Below, one piece after another: positions 10,201 to 18,501 of a stretch of DNA of 64,000 nt. This DNA is from Candidatus Geocrenenecus huangii (GTDB lineage Archaea > Thermoproteota > Nitrososphaeria_A > Caldarchaeales > Wolframiiraptoraceae): contig JALNLM010000001.1 in NCBI GenBank assembly GCA_023254095.1, positions 1 through 64,000 on the forward strand, given 5' to 3'. A program made the translations under genes and the position numbers. A model generated the notes under the pieces. It was given only the letters and a program-made list of their open reading frames with translations. It had not been told where the DNA came from and did not search any database. Each line of letters starts with the position of its first letter. Positions within the stretch are counted from its first letter, which is position 1.

Positions 10201-10686
10201 GGATTCACCGATGAACAGATCATTACACAGATCGATGCGGCCCTAGAAGATAGACCGAACGAGAAGGCAATAGTGTTTACATGTAACTGGTGCTCGTATG
10301 CTGGTGCAGACCAAGCAGGTATAGAAAAGCTCCAGTACCCGCCAAGCTCAAGGGTAATTAGAACGATGTGTTCGGCCAGAATTTCGCAGAAATTCATCTT
10401 GAGGGCGTTTGAGAAGGGTGCGGCGGTAGTAGCTGTTACAGGATGTTGGCCGCAGGACTGTCACTACAATTACGCTAACCTGAATACTGAGAGGAGAGTC
10501 AAACAAGTGAAGAAGATACTCGAGGCTAGAGGAATTAATCCTGAGAGGTTGATACTACATTGGAATAGCGCAGCTGAGAGTAAGAGATGGGCCGCAAAGA
10601 TGAGGGAGATCGACGAGCTGATAAAGAAGATTCCAAAAGAAGAGATAGTCCAGACTGTACAGAAGCTTGGAGGTGGGAAGAAGTGA
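7279..10686 (+). CDS. hdrA: Heterodisulfide reductase HdrA-like flavoprotein with two FAD modules and a fused C-terminal MvhD [2Fe-2S] domain
   Basis: Two GGG(I/V)AG FAD motifs, KNFPTLDCSIC, two CVGSR...CSRFCC motifs, internal GVFICHCG..NI, ferredoxin motifs, and C-terminal CNWCSYAGAD...CSAR...GC...DCHY (MvhD). Confidence 0.92.
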   Translation: MSDEVLVIGGGIAGIQCSLDLANAGVKVVLVEKTPTIGGKMAILDKNFPTLDCSICIEAPKMSEVGKHPNIELLTLAEVVSVEKNGEDYLVEIYQKPRYVTSECSRCGLCVDACPVLLKNEFDYGMAARKAIYTPIPQSEPGAYVIDIENCLNKPPNYLPCDRCIQVCGPKCIDFFMKPKIIKKKVKAIIVAAGFEVFDATGIPDYSYGLHPDILSSMEYERLLQSTGPSGGEIIKPSNGHHPENILFVLCVGSRDPRYNKYCSRFCCMYTIKQAVQTVEHGIKNVDILYMDIRAYGKGFDGFYKRAKDEGVRFIKGRAARVIPYENKLKVRYENIAEGRIEEREYDMVVLAAAAEPPAGLVELAKTLGIELDEDGFIKTRPWRGKMIATTREGIFVCGSASGPKDIADSVTEAGAAASAALEYVKKKTWPKREFEETIPAEGEHRVGVFICHCGSNIAGVADVKWLAQESAKIPGVVHSEDLRFACAGVYTKYIEQVIREKNINRLVVAACSPRTHLPVFMDAAIRAGLNPYLVELTNIRNLDTWVHANYPKEATEKALDMIRMSVAKAKLLKPLYVVKLPVTRRALVIGGGVAGMAAAASLARQGFETYLVEKENQLGGLVRHLDVIAPEGIRADELLNEMEREVYSSGVKVILGAKVESVGGYIGNFVVNLSSGEKLEVGAIIMATGAKVYHPEGALQANGGNIITSLDLEQIFKNNGNLDGRNVVFISCVGSRYDSKGCSRFCCQVMIKQAIRLKELGKNVFVLYKDIRTYSRKAEELYEKARALGVRFVKYDSERKPEEVVRIENGTVYVKDELLGEEIGIPADLVVLNVGLVPNDEINPIIEQLKLSRDEAGFLLELHPKLGPVESMVGGVFLAGTSQNPKDVREAISQGLAAAAKAAALLAKDTIDKEPLIPRINYDKCTYCQRCTQVCTFSALRGELKKSLEIISALCQGCGNCSAECMVGAIEAPGFTDEQIITQIDAALEDRPNEKAIVFTCNWCSYAGADQAGIEKLQYPPSSRVIRTMCSARISQKFILRAFEKGAAVVAVTGCWPQDCHYNYANLNTERRVKQVKKILEARGINPERLILHWNSAAESKRWAAKMREIDELIKKIPKEEIVQTVQKLGGGKK

Positions 10687-11840
10687 TTAATACAAAAATC
10701 GTAGATATAGAGCTAATGGAGAAACTTGCTGAACTGACTTCTAGAGCAGCTGACTACTGTTATCAATGTGGAACGTGCACCGGCTCATGCCCACTCAACC
10801 TACTAAACCCAGAGTCAATCAATCCTAGAAGGATTGTTAGATCCGCCCAACTTGGACTAGTCTACGATGATGGAAATCTATGGCATTGCTCGACCTGCGG
10901 CCTCTGCGAGGCGAAGTGTCCATGGTCCATAAAGATCCCAGATGTAGTTAGAGCATATAGACAGATATCATCAGAGAAGAGAAAGATCCCACAAAAATTC
11001 GAGGAGATACTGTGGATGGTATATGAGGACGGTACAGCTTTCCCAGGCTCAAGTATGGAGAGAGCAGCATGGACGGAAGGACTAAACATAAGAGATGCAT
11101 CAAAACAAAAAGTCCAAGTATTACTATACGTTGGGTGCGCTGTCTCGTTTGACAAGAGGTTACAGAAGGTGGCCGCATCACTCGCTAAAGTTCTATCTAC
11201 CGCAGGAGTAGATTTCGGAGTACTGGGTAGACAGGAACGATGTTGTGGAGATGTTGTATACAACATCGGTGAAGACGCATTCCTGGAAGAGCTTGCATCT
11301 CAGAATATAGAGAGATTCAATAAGACGGGGGCTGAAGCCATTATCACGATCTCGCCTCATTCTGCACACATGTTTAAGAAAGTCTATCCCAGGTATGGAT
11401 TAAAGATACCGGCATATCACTACGTAGAGTTCCTGAATGACTTGATAGAAAAAGGAAAGATCAGAATGTCTAAACCCTTAGACCATGAAGTGACAGTTCA
11501 TGACCCATGCTATCTTGGGAGATACCTTAAGCTATATGAAGAGCCGAGAAAGATCCTGTCAAGTATCCCTGGGACAAAGATTATCGAGATGAACGATATC
11601 AAAGAGAATGCAATATGTTGTGGGAGTGGTGGCGGAAGACACTTCCTAGATATACATGGCGAAAGACTTTCCCACTATAGGGTTGCGCAAGCCGCCCAAA
11701 CAGGTGCGAAAACATTGGTAGCACCATGCCCATTCTGCATTCAGAACTTTGAAGACAGTGTGAAGACTAAGAAACTAGGATTATATGTTAGAGACGTAGT
11801 AGAATTGGTTGACCAATCATTGAATGGTGAGGTTAGATGA
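10683..11840 (+). CDS. HdrD/GlpC-like Fe-S oxidoreductase (2x[4Fe-4S] plus two CCG domains)
   Basis: CYQCGTCTGSCP, CSTCGLCEAKCP, YVGC, ERCCG, HDPCYLGR, CCGSGGG and CPFC motifs. GTG start overlaps the hdrA stop. Confidence 0.9.
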   Translation: MINTKIVDIELMEKLAELTSRAADYCYQCGTCTGSCPLNLLNPESINPRRIVRSAQLGLVYDDGNLWHCSTCGLCEAKCPWSIKIPDVVRAYRQISSEKRKIPQKFEEILWMVYEDGTAFPGSSMERAAWTEGLNIRDASKQKVQVLLYVGCAVSFDKRLQKVAASLAKVLSTAGVDFGVLGRQERCCGDVVYNIGEDAFLEELASQNIERFNKTGAEAIITISPHSAHMFKKVYPRYGLKIPAYHYVEFLNDLIEKGKIRMSKPLDHEVTVHDPCYLGRYLKLYEEPRKILSSIPGTKIIEMNDIKENAICCGSGGGRHFLDIHGERLSHYRVAQAAQTGAKTLVAPCPFCIQNFEDSVKTKKLGLYVRDVVELVDQSLNGEVR

Positions 11841-12820
11841 GCCAAGAATACAGAGGAGTATGGGTTTTCCTCGAGAGACGTGGGGATGAAGTGATCGAGC
11901 CTTCATTAGAAGTCCTCGGGAAGGCTCGTGAATTAGCAGATAGGTATGGAGACAATGTTGCTGGAGTATTGATGGGGGCAAAAAATCTCGAGATCCAAGC
12001 GGAGACAGCGATAAAATATGGAGCCGACGTAGTGTACATAGTAGAAGACCCCCTACTAGAAGATTACTCTACTATACCTTACTCTGAAGCATTATCTAGA
12101 CTGGTTAAGAAGTATAAACCGAACATCATGCTTTATCCCGCCACTAGGAATGGTAGAGACCTGGCTGGTAGAATATCAGCGAAACTAGGCCTAGGTCTAT
12201 CAGCCAACACCGTATGGCTCGACATAGTCGGCGACGGCGTACTACTTGCAGGTGTTCCAGGATTTGGAGGAGGAATAATGGCTGTCACGAAGTGTTTGAC
12301 TAAGCCTCAAATGTCCACTGTGAGACCTGGAGCATTCTCCAAGCCTCGGCTAAACCCTATGAGGGAGGGTAGGATAGAGAAAGTAGATGTTGGCAAGCTT
12401 CCGGATCCTCCAACCAAGACCATTGAAAAAGTGTTCTTTACAGTTGAAGATATTAGTAAAGCGGAAGCAATAGTGATCGCAGGAATAGGTGTCAGGGAAA
12501 ATATAGAAGCAGTCAAGAAGCTTTCAGAAAAAATGAATTGGGCCTTCGGAGCTACTAGACCTCTATCAGATGAAGGACTAGTGCCTAGAGACATATTCGT
12601 TGGAGCAACGGGCAAAGTAGTTAAACCCAAAATTGCATTAATAGTTGGAGCAAGCGGTGCAGCCCACTTCATATCCGGTGTTGCAGGAGCAGAAAAGATA
12701 ATCTCCATAAATATTGACCCAGAAGCACCCATCCACTCATACTCAGATTACTCTGTAGTTGGAGATGCATACAAGATTATTCCCAAGCTATTACAGAGGC
12801 TGGAGGCTGAGAGGAGATGA
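11837..12820 (+). CDS. etfA: Electron transfer flavoprotein alpha subunit
   Basis: GVWVFLE, GRDLAGR, PQMSTVRPG, GATRP and INIDPEAPI motifs. Confidence 0.92.
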   Translation: MSQEYRGVWVFLERRGDEVIEPSLEVLGKARELADRYGDNVAGVLMGAKNLEIQAETAIKYGADVVYIVEDPLLEDYSTIPYSEALSRLVKKYKPNIMLYPATRNGRDLAGRISAKLGLGLSANTVWLDIVGDGVLLAGVPGFGGGIMAVTKCLTKPQMSTVRPGAFSKPRLNPMREGRIEKVDVGKLPDPPTKTIEKVFFTVEDISKAEAIVIAGIGVRENIEAVKKLSEKMNWAFGATRPLSDEGLVPRDIFVGATGKVVKPKIALIVGASGAAHFISGVAGAEKIISINIDPEAPIHSYSDYSVVGDAYKIIPKLLQRLEAERR

Positions 12821-13608
12821 TGCATATAGTAGTCTGCATGAAAGTGACCCCTAAATCTGAGCAAGTAAAACTGGATCCGAACACTAAGACGATAATCAGA
12901 GAAGGCGTAGAAAATGAAATAAATCCGGCTGATAAGAACGCTCTAGAAGCGGCTCTCCAACTAAAAGACAAGCATGGCTGTAAAGTAACAGTGATAGGTA
13001 TGGGGCCCCCGATGTGGGAGCCGTACATGAAGCTAGCCGTAACAATGGGAGCTGACGACGCTATACTCATTTCTGACAGAGCATTCGCGGGAGCTGACAC
13101 TCTTGCCACGAGTAGAACACTCGCCGCAGCTATCAAGAAGCTGGGAGAGTATGACTTGATACTATGTGGAGAAGAATCTAGCGATGCTGGAACAGGCCAT
13201 GTACCTCCAAGCATAGCTGAATTCCTCAACATACCTCAGATAACCTTTGTAAACAATATCGAGATAATAGAGGGGAAAATTAGAGCTAAAAGAGTCCTAG
13301 AAGGTGGGTATGAAGTGCTGGAATGCGCTCCTCCAGTCCTACTCTCCGTCGAGTATGGATGCAATACTCCCAGGTTCCCTGATTTTAGAAGGAAGAGATG
13401 GGTGGATAAAGAATTTAAATTAAAGATCTGGAGCATAGGAGAACTCCAGTTAAGTAACGAAGAAGTAGGCTTGAAGGGTAGCAGAAGCATAGTAGAGGAA
13501 CTTAGAGAAATGAAGTTAGGTGAGAGGGCTAGGCAGAAGATATCTGGAACGGAAGATGAAATAGTGGAACAAATACTAAATATAATCCGCCCGTACATCA
13601 AGAAGTAG
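12817..13608 (+). CDS. etfB: Electron transfer flavoprotein beta subunit
   Basis: IVVCMK, INPADKNALEAAL, MGPP, MGAD..ILISDRAFAGADTLAT and NTPR motifs. Confidence 0.93.
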   Translation: MMHIVVCMKVTPKSEQVKLDPNTKTIIREGVENEINPADKNALEAALQLKDKHGCKVTVIGMGPPMWEPYMKLAVTMGADDAILISDRAFAGADTLATSRTLAAAIKKLGEYDLILCGEESSDAGTGHVPPSIAEFLNIPQITFVNNIEIIEGKIRAKRVLEGGYEVLECAPPVLLSVEYGCNTPRFPDFRRKRWVDKEFKLKIWSIGELQLSNEEVGLKGSRSIVEELREMKLGERARQKISGTEDEIVEQILNIIRPYIKK

Positions 13609-13652
13609 AAGTAAACCATAAAAACACCTAATCACATATTTTCTCGAAAAAG

Positions 13653-14324
13653 ATGCATGATAGCACCTTTATAGTAGTTTGGGAAGGGTTAGATGGAGCT
13701 GGAAAAACAACTCTTCTCAACAGGACTCTAACATCATTAACCTCAATGAACTACAAAGCCTTAACCTATAAAACTCCAAGCGATACACCTTCCGGCATAT
13801 TTGCAAGAAAATATGGAAACAGGTCTGAAATCGACCATATGACTCGGATGCTCCTATTCCTAGCGAATACTTCTGACGATTCATCTATAATGAAGAGAGA
13901 GATCGAATCAGAGAAACCCAATTTCTACTTTATTGATAGATACTATTTATGCTCAATAGTTTATGGTCTAGCTTTATCTAAGGCTAGAGGAGAAGAAGTC
14001 GGAGAACAAGAATTCAAAAAGTTAATCGAGCTGATAGAGAAAATTGGGTTTACAGTCTTTCTTAGACCCGACCTATACGTGATCGTTGACGTAGAAGAGG
14101 AAGAGAGAAGACGAAGACTGGAGATGAAGGAAAGTCAAGGAGGCATTGAAGACGAAATAGAAAAAAATATTGAGATCCAGAAACAGGTTAGGAGATTCTA
14201 TAGAGTCTTTTACGAGCTTAGACCTCAACAAACAATCTGGATTGTTAATGCTGAAGGACAACTAGAGCATAATACTGAGATAATAGTTGACAGGCTGCTA
14301 GAGCTAGCGAAGCTCAAGGAATAG
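13653..14324 (+). CDS. tmk: Thymidylate kinase family protein
   Basis: P-loop EGLDGAGKTT and DRY motif. Confidence 0.8.
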   Translation: MHDSTFIVVWEGLDGAGKTTLLNRTLTSLTSMNYKALTYKTPSDTPSGIFARKYGNRSEIDHMTRMLLFLANTSDDSSIMKREIESEKPNFYFIDRYYLCSIVYGLALSKARGEEVGEQEFKKLIELIEKIGFTVFLRPDLYVIVDVEEEERRRRLEMKESQGGIEDEIEKNIEIQKQVRRFYRVFYELRPQQTIWIVNAEGQLEHNTEIIVDRLLELAKLKE

Positions 14325-14352
14325 ATTTAAGGTCGTATTATGAGGTAGAAAA

Positions 14353-14931
14353 GTGATGAGCGAACTTACTAGAACATTCATCGCGGTAGACATTGATAAT
14401 TCGGAGATAATCGCAAGAATTCAAGAAATCCAGAGAGACCTAAGAGAATCAGGCATAGTTTCCAAGGATGTAGAACCACAGAATCTACATATAACACTAT
14501 GGTTTCTCGGAGAGCTTCCAGAGAATAAACTTAGAACGATCTTAGAAGAAGTAAGTAAGATACGTTTCAACATCTTCGAATTAAAGATCGGGAGTCTAGG
14601 ATATTTCCCTGGAGGAAATAGGATAAATGTTATCTGGCTGAAGGCAGAAGATCCAACTAATACCCTAAACAATGTAGTAGACCAGCTAATTAACAATCTA
14701 GGGAGCAAGGGATTCAAATACGATGAAAGAGGCTTCACACCTCATCTAACCATTGCTAGAGTCAAGTACATCCAAGACAGGGATAAGGCTTTGAGAAAAC
14801 TAGAAAAATTAAGAAACATCCAGCTAGGTTCCCAGATAATAGACTCGGTTAAAGTCAAGAAGAGTGTATTAACTTCCAGGGGGCCAATTTATAGTGATTT
14901 GCTAGTGGTCAAGGCTGGTAAAAACCCATGA
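14353..14931 (+). CDS. thpR: RNA 2',3'-cyclic phosphodiesterase (2H phosphoesterase)
   Basis: RTFIAVD; two HxT motifs, NLHITL and FTPHLTIAR; C-terminal GPIY. Confidence 0.92.
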   Translation: MMSELTRTFIAVDIDNSEIIARIQEIQRDLRESGIVSKDVEPQNLHITLWFLGELPENKLRTILEEVSKIRFNIFELKIGSLGYFPGGNRINVIWLKAEDPTNTLNNVVDQLINNLGSKGFKYDERGFTPHLTIARVKYIQDRDKALRKLEKLRNIQLGSQIIDSVKVKKSVLTSRGPIYSDLLVVKAGKNP

Positions 14932-16316
14932 ATATGGATGAGGTATTGAATGAGGCTCTCAAACTCTACAAGCCTACCGAAGAAGAAGAGAAGAATCTAT
15001 CCAATTTAGCGGAGAAAATAATCCACCAAGCTGAAAGATACTCATCAAGTTATCCAAGCATCCGGAAAATAACTATTGAGGGTTCTCTAGCTAAGAAGAC
15101 GTGGATTAAAGGTAAAGAGGAAGTCGACATATTCATTCATTTTAACCCTGAAGTCTCGAGGGAAGAAATGGAGAAACAGATAACAGAGCTTGGCTTCAAG
15201 ACTCTCGACGACTTAGATGGGAAACCTAGATTGATGTATGCGGAGCACCCATACGTTGAGGGAAGGATAAATAAGGTTGTAGTAAACATAGTAGCATGTT
15301 ATAATGTCTCGCCGCCAAATTGGCTTAGCGCTACTGATAGGACGCCCTACCACACGAGATATATTCTCGACAACATGAGAGAAGAAGCTAGAGATAGCGT
15401 TAGGTTGATGAAAGCATTCATGACGTGCTGCGGAGTATATGGTGCAGAGATAAAAGTTAGAGGGTTCAGCGGCTACCTAACCGAGCTTCTAATATTATAT
15501 TACGAGGATTTCAATAAAGCAGTTGAGGAGATCTCTAGATGGAGGCCTCCAATAATTATAGACATTGCTAAACATTATTCCTCATTGGATGAGGTGTCTA
15601 AGCTTTTCCCGAATCAGCCTCTAATAGTCGTAGACCCTGTTGACAGATATAGAAACGTGGCCTCAGCAGTCTCTGAAGAAAAACTATGCAGGCTCGTCCT
15701 CGCTTCAAGATTCTTTCTAAAATCCCCGAGCATCCGCTTCTTTAAGCCTAAACCTCGAGTCTTCAAGAGAGCTTACATCAAGAGGATTATGAAGAATAGG
15801 AGAATAGTTGGCTTATCGTTTAGACTTTCTAAGTGGAAGCCTCCTGACGTCTTGTGGGGTGAGCTGAGGAAGAGTGAGGAGGCAGTAAAGAATACGCTTA
15901 AAAGATTGGGGTTCCAAGTGTACAGGACCGATTCATGGACTGATGAAGAAAAAATATGTCTAATACTATGCGAGATAAACGACGACAAGCTTCCGTATGC
16001 TCGACTCCATCAGGGGCCGCCAGCGCATCATCCAAATTCTCTGGAATTTATAGAGAAGTGGAAGAACCATCCTGAAAGATTAGCTGGGCCATGGATAGAA
16101 GACTCTAGACTATACGTACTCAGGGCTGAACAAATAACCGATGTAAAAAAACTGTTAAGGAGGGAGATTCAAGAGGGGAGGGTTTCCATAGCTAAGGGAT
16201 TGTTGGAAGATGTAAAGAAAGGTAAGATAGTAACATCGATAGAGGACTTGATGAAAGACGGGAAGCTGAAGGCTTACGTAAACGAATTTATAGAGGCTAG
16301 ACTACCCTTCATCTAG
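14928..16316 (+). CDS. cca: Archaeal class I CCA-adding enzyme
   Basis: GS.AK.TW...EVDIF, YAEHPYV, DRTPYH, GVYGAE...GFSGYL.ELL and DPVD..RNVA motifs. Confidence 0.95.
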   Translation: MNMDEVLNEALKLYKPTEEEEKNLSNLAEKIIHQAERYSSSYPSIRKITIEGSLAKKTWIKGKEEVDIFIHFNPEVSREEMEKQITELGFKTLDDLDGKPRLMYAEHPYVEGRINKVVVNIVACYNVSPPNWLSATDRTPYHTRYILDNMREEARDSVRLMKAFMTCCGVYGAEIKVRGFSGYLTELLILYYEDFNKAVEEISRWRPPIIIDIAKHYSSLDEVSKLFPNQPLIVVDPVDRYRNVASAVSEEKLCRLVLASRFFLKSPSIRFFKPKPRVFKRAYIKRIMKNRRIVGLSFRLSKWKPPDVLWGELRKSEEAVKNTLKRLGFQVYRTDSWTDEEKICLILCEINDDKLPYARLHQGPPAHHPNSLEFIEKWKNHPERLAGPWIEDSRLYVLRAEQITDVKKLLRREIQEGRVSIAKGLLEDVKKGKIVTSIEDLMKDGKLKAYVNEFIEARLPFI

Positions 16317-16348
16317 CTTCCAAAACGCTGGAAGTTAGTAATCTGGAA

Positions 16349-17146
16349 ATGATGTTTGAGGAATCATTCGAGATCAGCCTCGAGAAACTATCATCTAGAC
16401 CCGAGATCCTGAGTCAACTTGCTTACCCTTCTCAAAGAAGTGACTATGCTCAGACGATACTGAACGAGTTAAAAGAAATGGATGTCGAATCAATCTACCT
16501 AACCTATCAACCTAGACCTACCCTCAAATTTATCGGTAAAGGATATAGGGGGATCGTCATAAAAGCTCGTTGGAGGAGTAAGGTAATTGCTGGAAAGATT
16601 CTTCGAACAGATTCTGGAATACCATCCCTAAACAGAGAAGCGGAGATGACGAGGATTGCAAACTCTATAGGCATTGGACCCAGAGTGTTCGATTATTCGG
16701 GTCACGTAATTTTAATGGAGTATATCGAAGGGAGAGACCTAGATGAATGGTTGGATGAATTACCTCCTGACAAAGTATGCATCCTGAGGAAAGTCCTAAC
16801 TGCGATCATGGCTCAGGCTGGAAAACTAGATTCAATCAGTCTCGACCATGGAGAGTTAAGCAATGCTAGAAGACATATAGTCGTCAAGAACGATTTAACG
16901 CCAACCATTCTTGACTTCGGTAAAGCGAGGATAAGCCGCAAGCCCAAGAATCTAACTTCAATAACAAGCTACATAACACGTGGCCCACACCATCTTAAGA
17001 TACTAAAAATGTTGGATGTGTGCAATTTGCCGATTCATCTATTGAGGGCGTATAAAGAAAATCCATCTCAGGAAAACTTTAAGAAAATTCTAGGAGAACT
17101 TAATCTAGTAGATGAATGCTCTCAAAAGGCGACCCTTGAGGTATAA
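16349..17146 (+). CDS. Atypical Ser/Thr protein kinase-like protein (COG2112-type)
   Basis: GKGYRGIV glycine loop, K-IL, IGP, MEYIEG, HGELS and DFG motifs. Confidence 0.8.
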   Translation: MMFEESFEISLEKLSSRPEILSQLAYPSQRSDYAQTILNELKEMDVESIYLTYQPRPTLKFIGKGYRGIVIKARWRSKVIAGKILRTDSGIPSLNREAEMTRIANSIGIGPRVFDYSGHVILMEYIEGRDLDEWLDELPPDKVCILRKVLTAIMAQAGKLDSISLDHGELSNARRHIVVKNDLTPTILDFGKARISRKPKNLTSITSYITRGPHHLKILKMLDVCNLPIHLLRAYKENPSQENFKKILGELNLVDECSQKATLEV

Positions 17147-17149
17147 TTC

Positions 17150-17869
17150 ATGAATGAAGAGAAGAAGAAGATCAGAGAGATCGTTTGGAAGATCCTCGAA
17201 GAGAGAGGTGTAGCAAGATTCCCTAAGCCAGTATATGGAAGAATACCGAATTTCGAAGAAGCAGAGAAGGCTGGAGAGAAGATAACAACCCTGGAAGAAT
17301 ATAGAAGAGCTAGAGTAGTTAAGGTAAGCCCAGACTCCCCCCAATACTCAGTTAGGCTAAGATGCTTGATTGATAGAAAAACTCTGATAATGCCCACGCC
17401 TAGGCTCAGAGAAGGATTTCTAATAATAGACCCGAGAAGGATATCGAGGAAACTTTACGAGAAAGCTGCAACAATAAGAGGAGCCTTCAGCTTAGGCGAG
17501 AAGATAGATCCTAGAGATATGCCCATGATCGATCTCATAGTCATGGGTTCCGTTGCAGTCGGTAGAGATGGTTCCAGAATAGGGAAGGGGGAAGGATACG
17601 GAGAGATAGAGTACGCCATCTTGAGAGAATATGGTTTAGTGGAAGATTCGGTAATTGTGGCTACAAATATACACGATCTCCAATTATTCGACTCGGTCCC
17701 GCAAGACCCATACGATGTATCTGTCGATGTAATCGCAACGCCCACTAAACTGTTCCGAGTTTCTCCCAGTAAACCTAAACCGCATGGAATTATCTGGGAA
17801 TTGTTGACCAGGGATAAAGTCGAGGAAATCCCTCTTCTAAAGACTCTGAAGAACAAAAGAAAGACGTGA
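17150..17869 (+). CDS. 5-formyltetrahydrofolate cyclo-ligase family protein (MTHFSD-like)
   Basis: GRIPNF, PDSPQ, PTPRLR.GF, GSVAV...G.RIGKGEGY..IEY and D...D.I.TP motifs. Confidence 0.88.
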   Translation: MNEEKKKIREIVWKILEERGVARFPKPVYGRIPNFEEAEKAGEKITTLEEYRRARVVKVSPDSPQYSVRLRCLIDRKTLIMPTPRLREGFLIIDPRRISRKLYEKAATIRGAFSLGEKIDPRDMPMIDLIVMGSVAVGRDGSRIGKGEGYGEIEYAILREYGLVEDSVIVATNIHDLQLFDSVPQDPYDVSVDVIATPTKLFRVSPSKPKPHGIIWELLTRDKVEEIPLLKTLKNKRKT

Positions 17870-17879
17870 GTTGAGTCTT

Positions 17880-18389
17880 CTAGTAAGCGGTAACACTTTT
17901 TACATGAGGTATCTTCAGCATCTTACTAACCCCTTCCCCGGACAATGGTTTATCCAATATGAGTATCAGCTTAGGCTCGGGGAAGAGTTCAGGATCTTCT
18001 GCGACAGCCTGCCTGATAGAGATGTTTTCTTCTGCAGCTATCTTAGCCGCTCCAGCAAGTATTCCAGGTGCAGTAGGGTCAGCTCTAATCTCAACTACGA
18101 AATATCCGAGTTCTTTAGCTATAGGTGCAAGTAGAGCTCCAGCCGGTCTAAGTCCAGTAAATATTTTTCTAAGCTCTTCGTCTTGGAGAATATATTCAAC
18201 AGTTTTCCTAACTATTCTTCTATCAACACCCGCTGCTCTAGCAATAGATACTTCAGGTATCTCAACGGGCCCAATAACTATCCTGCCATCTTCCGTAACA
18301 CCTATACCATACTCGATCATTACCCTGATTATACTTAGTCTAGCTGGATAATTTTTCAGTTTTTCAGCTATCCTCCTCCACATGCCCAT
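17880..18389 (-). CDS. HTH plus ACT-domain amino-acid metabolism regulator (COG2150-type)
   Basis: [14 protein letters not shown] followed by the ACT domain PGILA...ISIRQ...DPE. Confidence 0.85.
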   Translation of the reverse strand: MGMWRRIAEKLKNYPARLSIIRVMIEYGIGVTEDGRIVIGPVEIPEVSIARAAGVDRRIVRKTVEYILQDEELRKIFTGLRPAGALLAPIAKELGYFVVEIRADPTAPGILAGAAKIAAEENISIRQAVAEDPELFPEPKLILILDKPLSGEGVSKMLKIPHVKSVTAY

Positions 18390-18501
18390 ATATATTCTTC
18401 ATTGTATAGATATATGCATTTACCCACGCTGTCCGATGTATAAGACCGTTGAGAAAGGTATAAATATGAGCCTCAATGTATTTTTCTATACTGTGATGTA
18501 C

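Noticed and set aside
7279-11840. Selenocysteine or stop-codon readthrough in Hdr/MvhD genes
   Set aside because: The frames are uninterrupted; the TGA codons are ordinary stops overlapping the next start.
18382-18501. N-terminal extension of TrpB2 or a trp leader peptide
   Set aside because: It covers the divergent promoter and has no Trp codons; homology starts near 18502.
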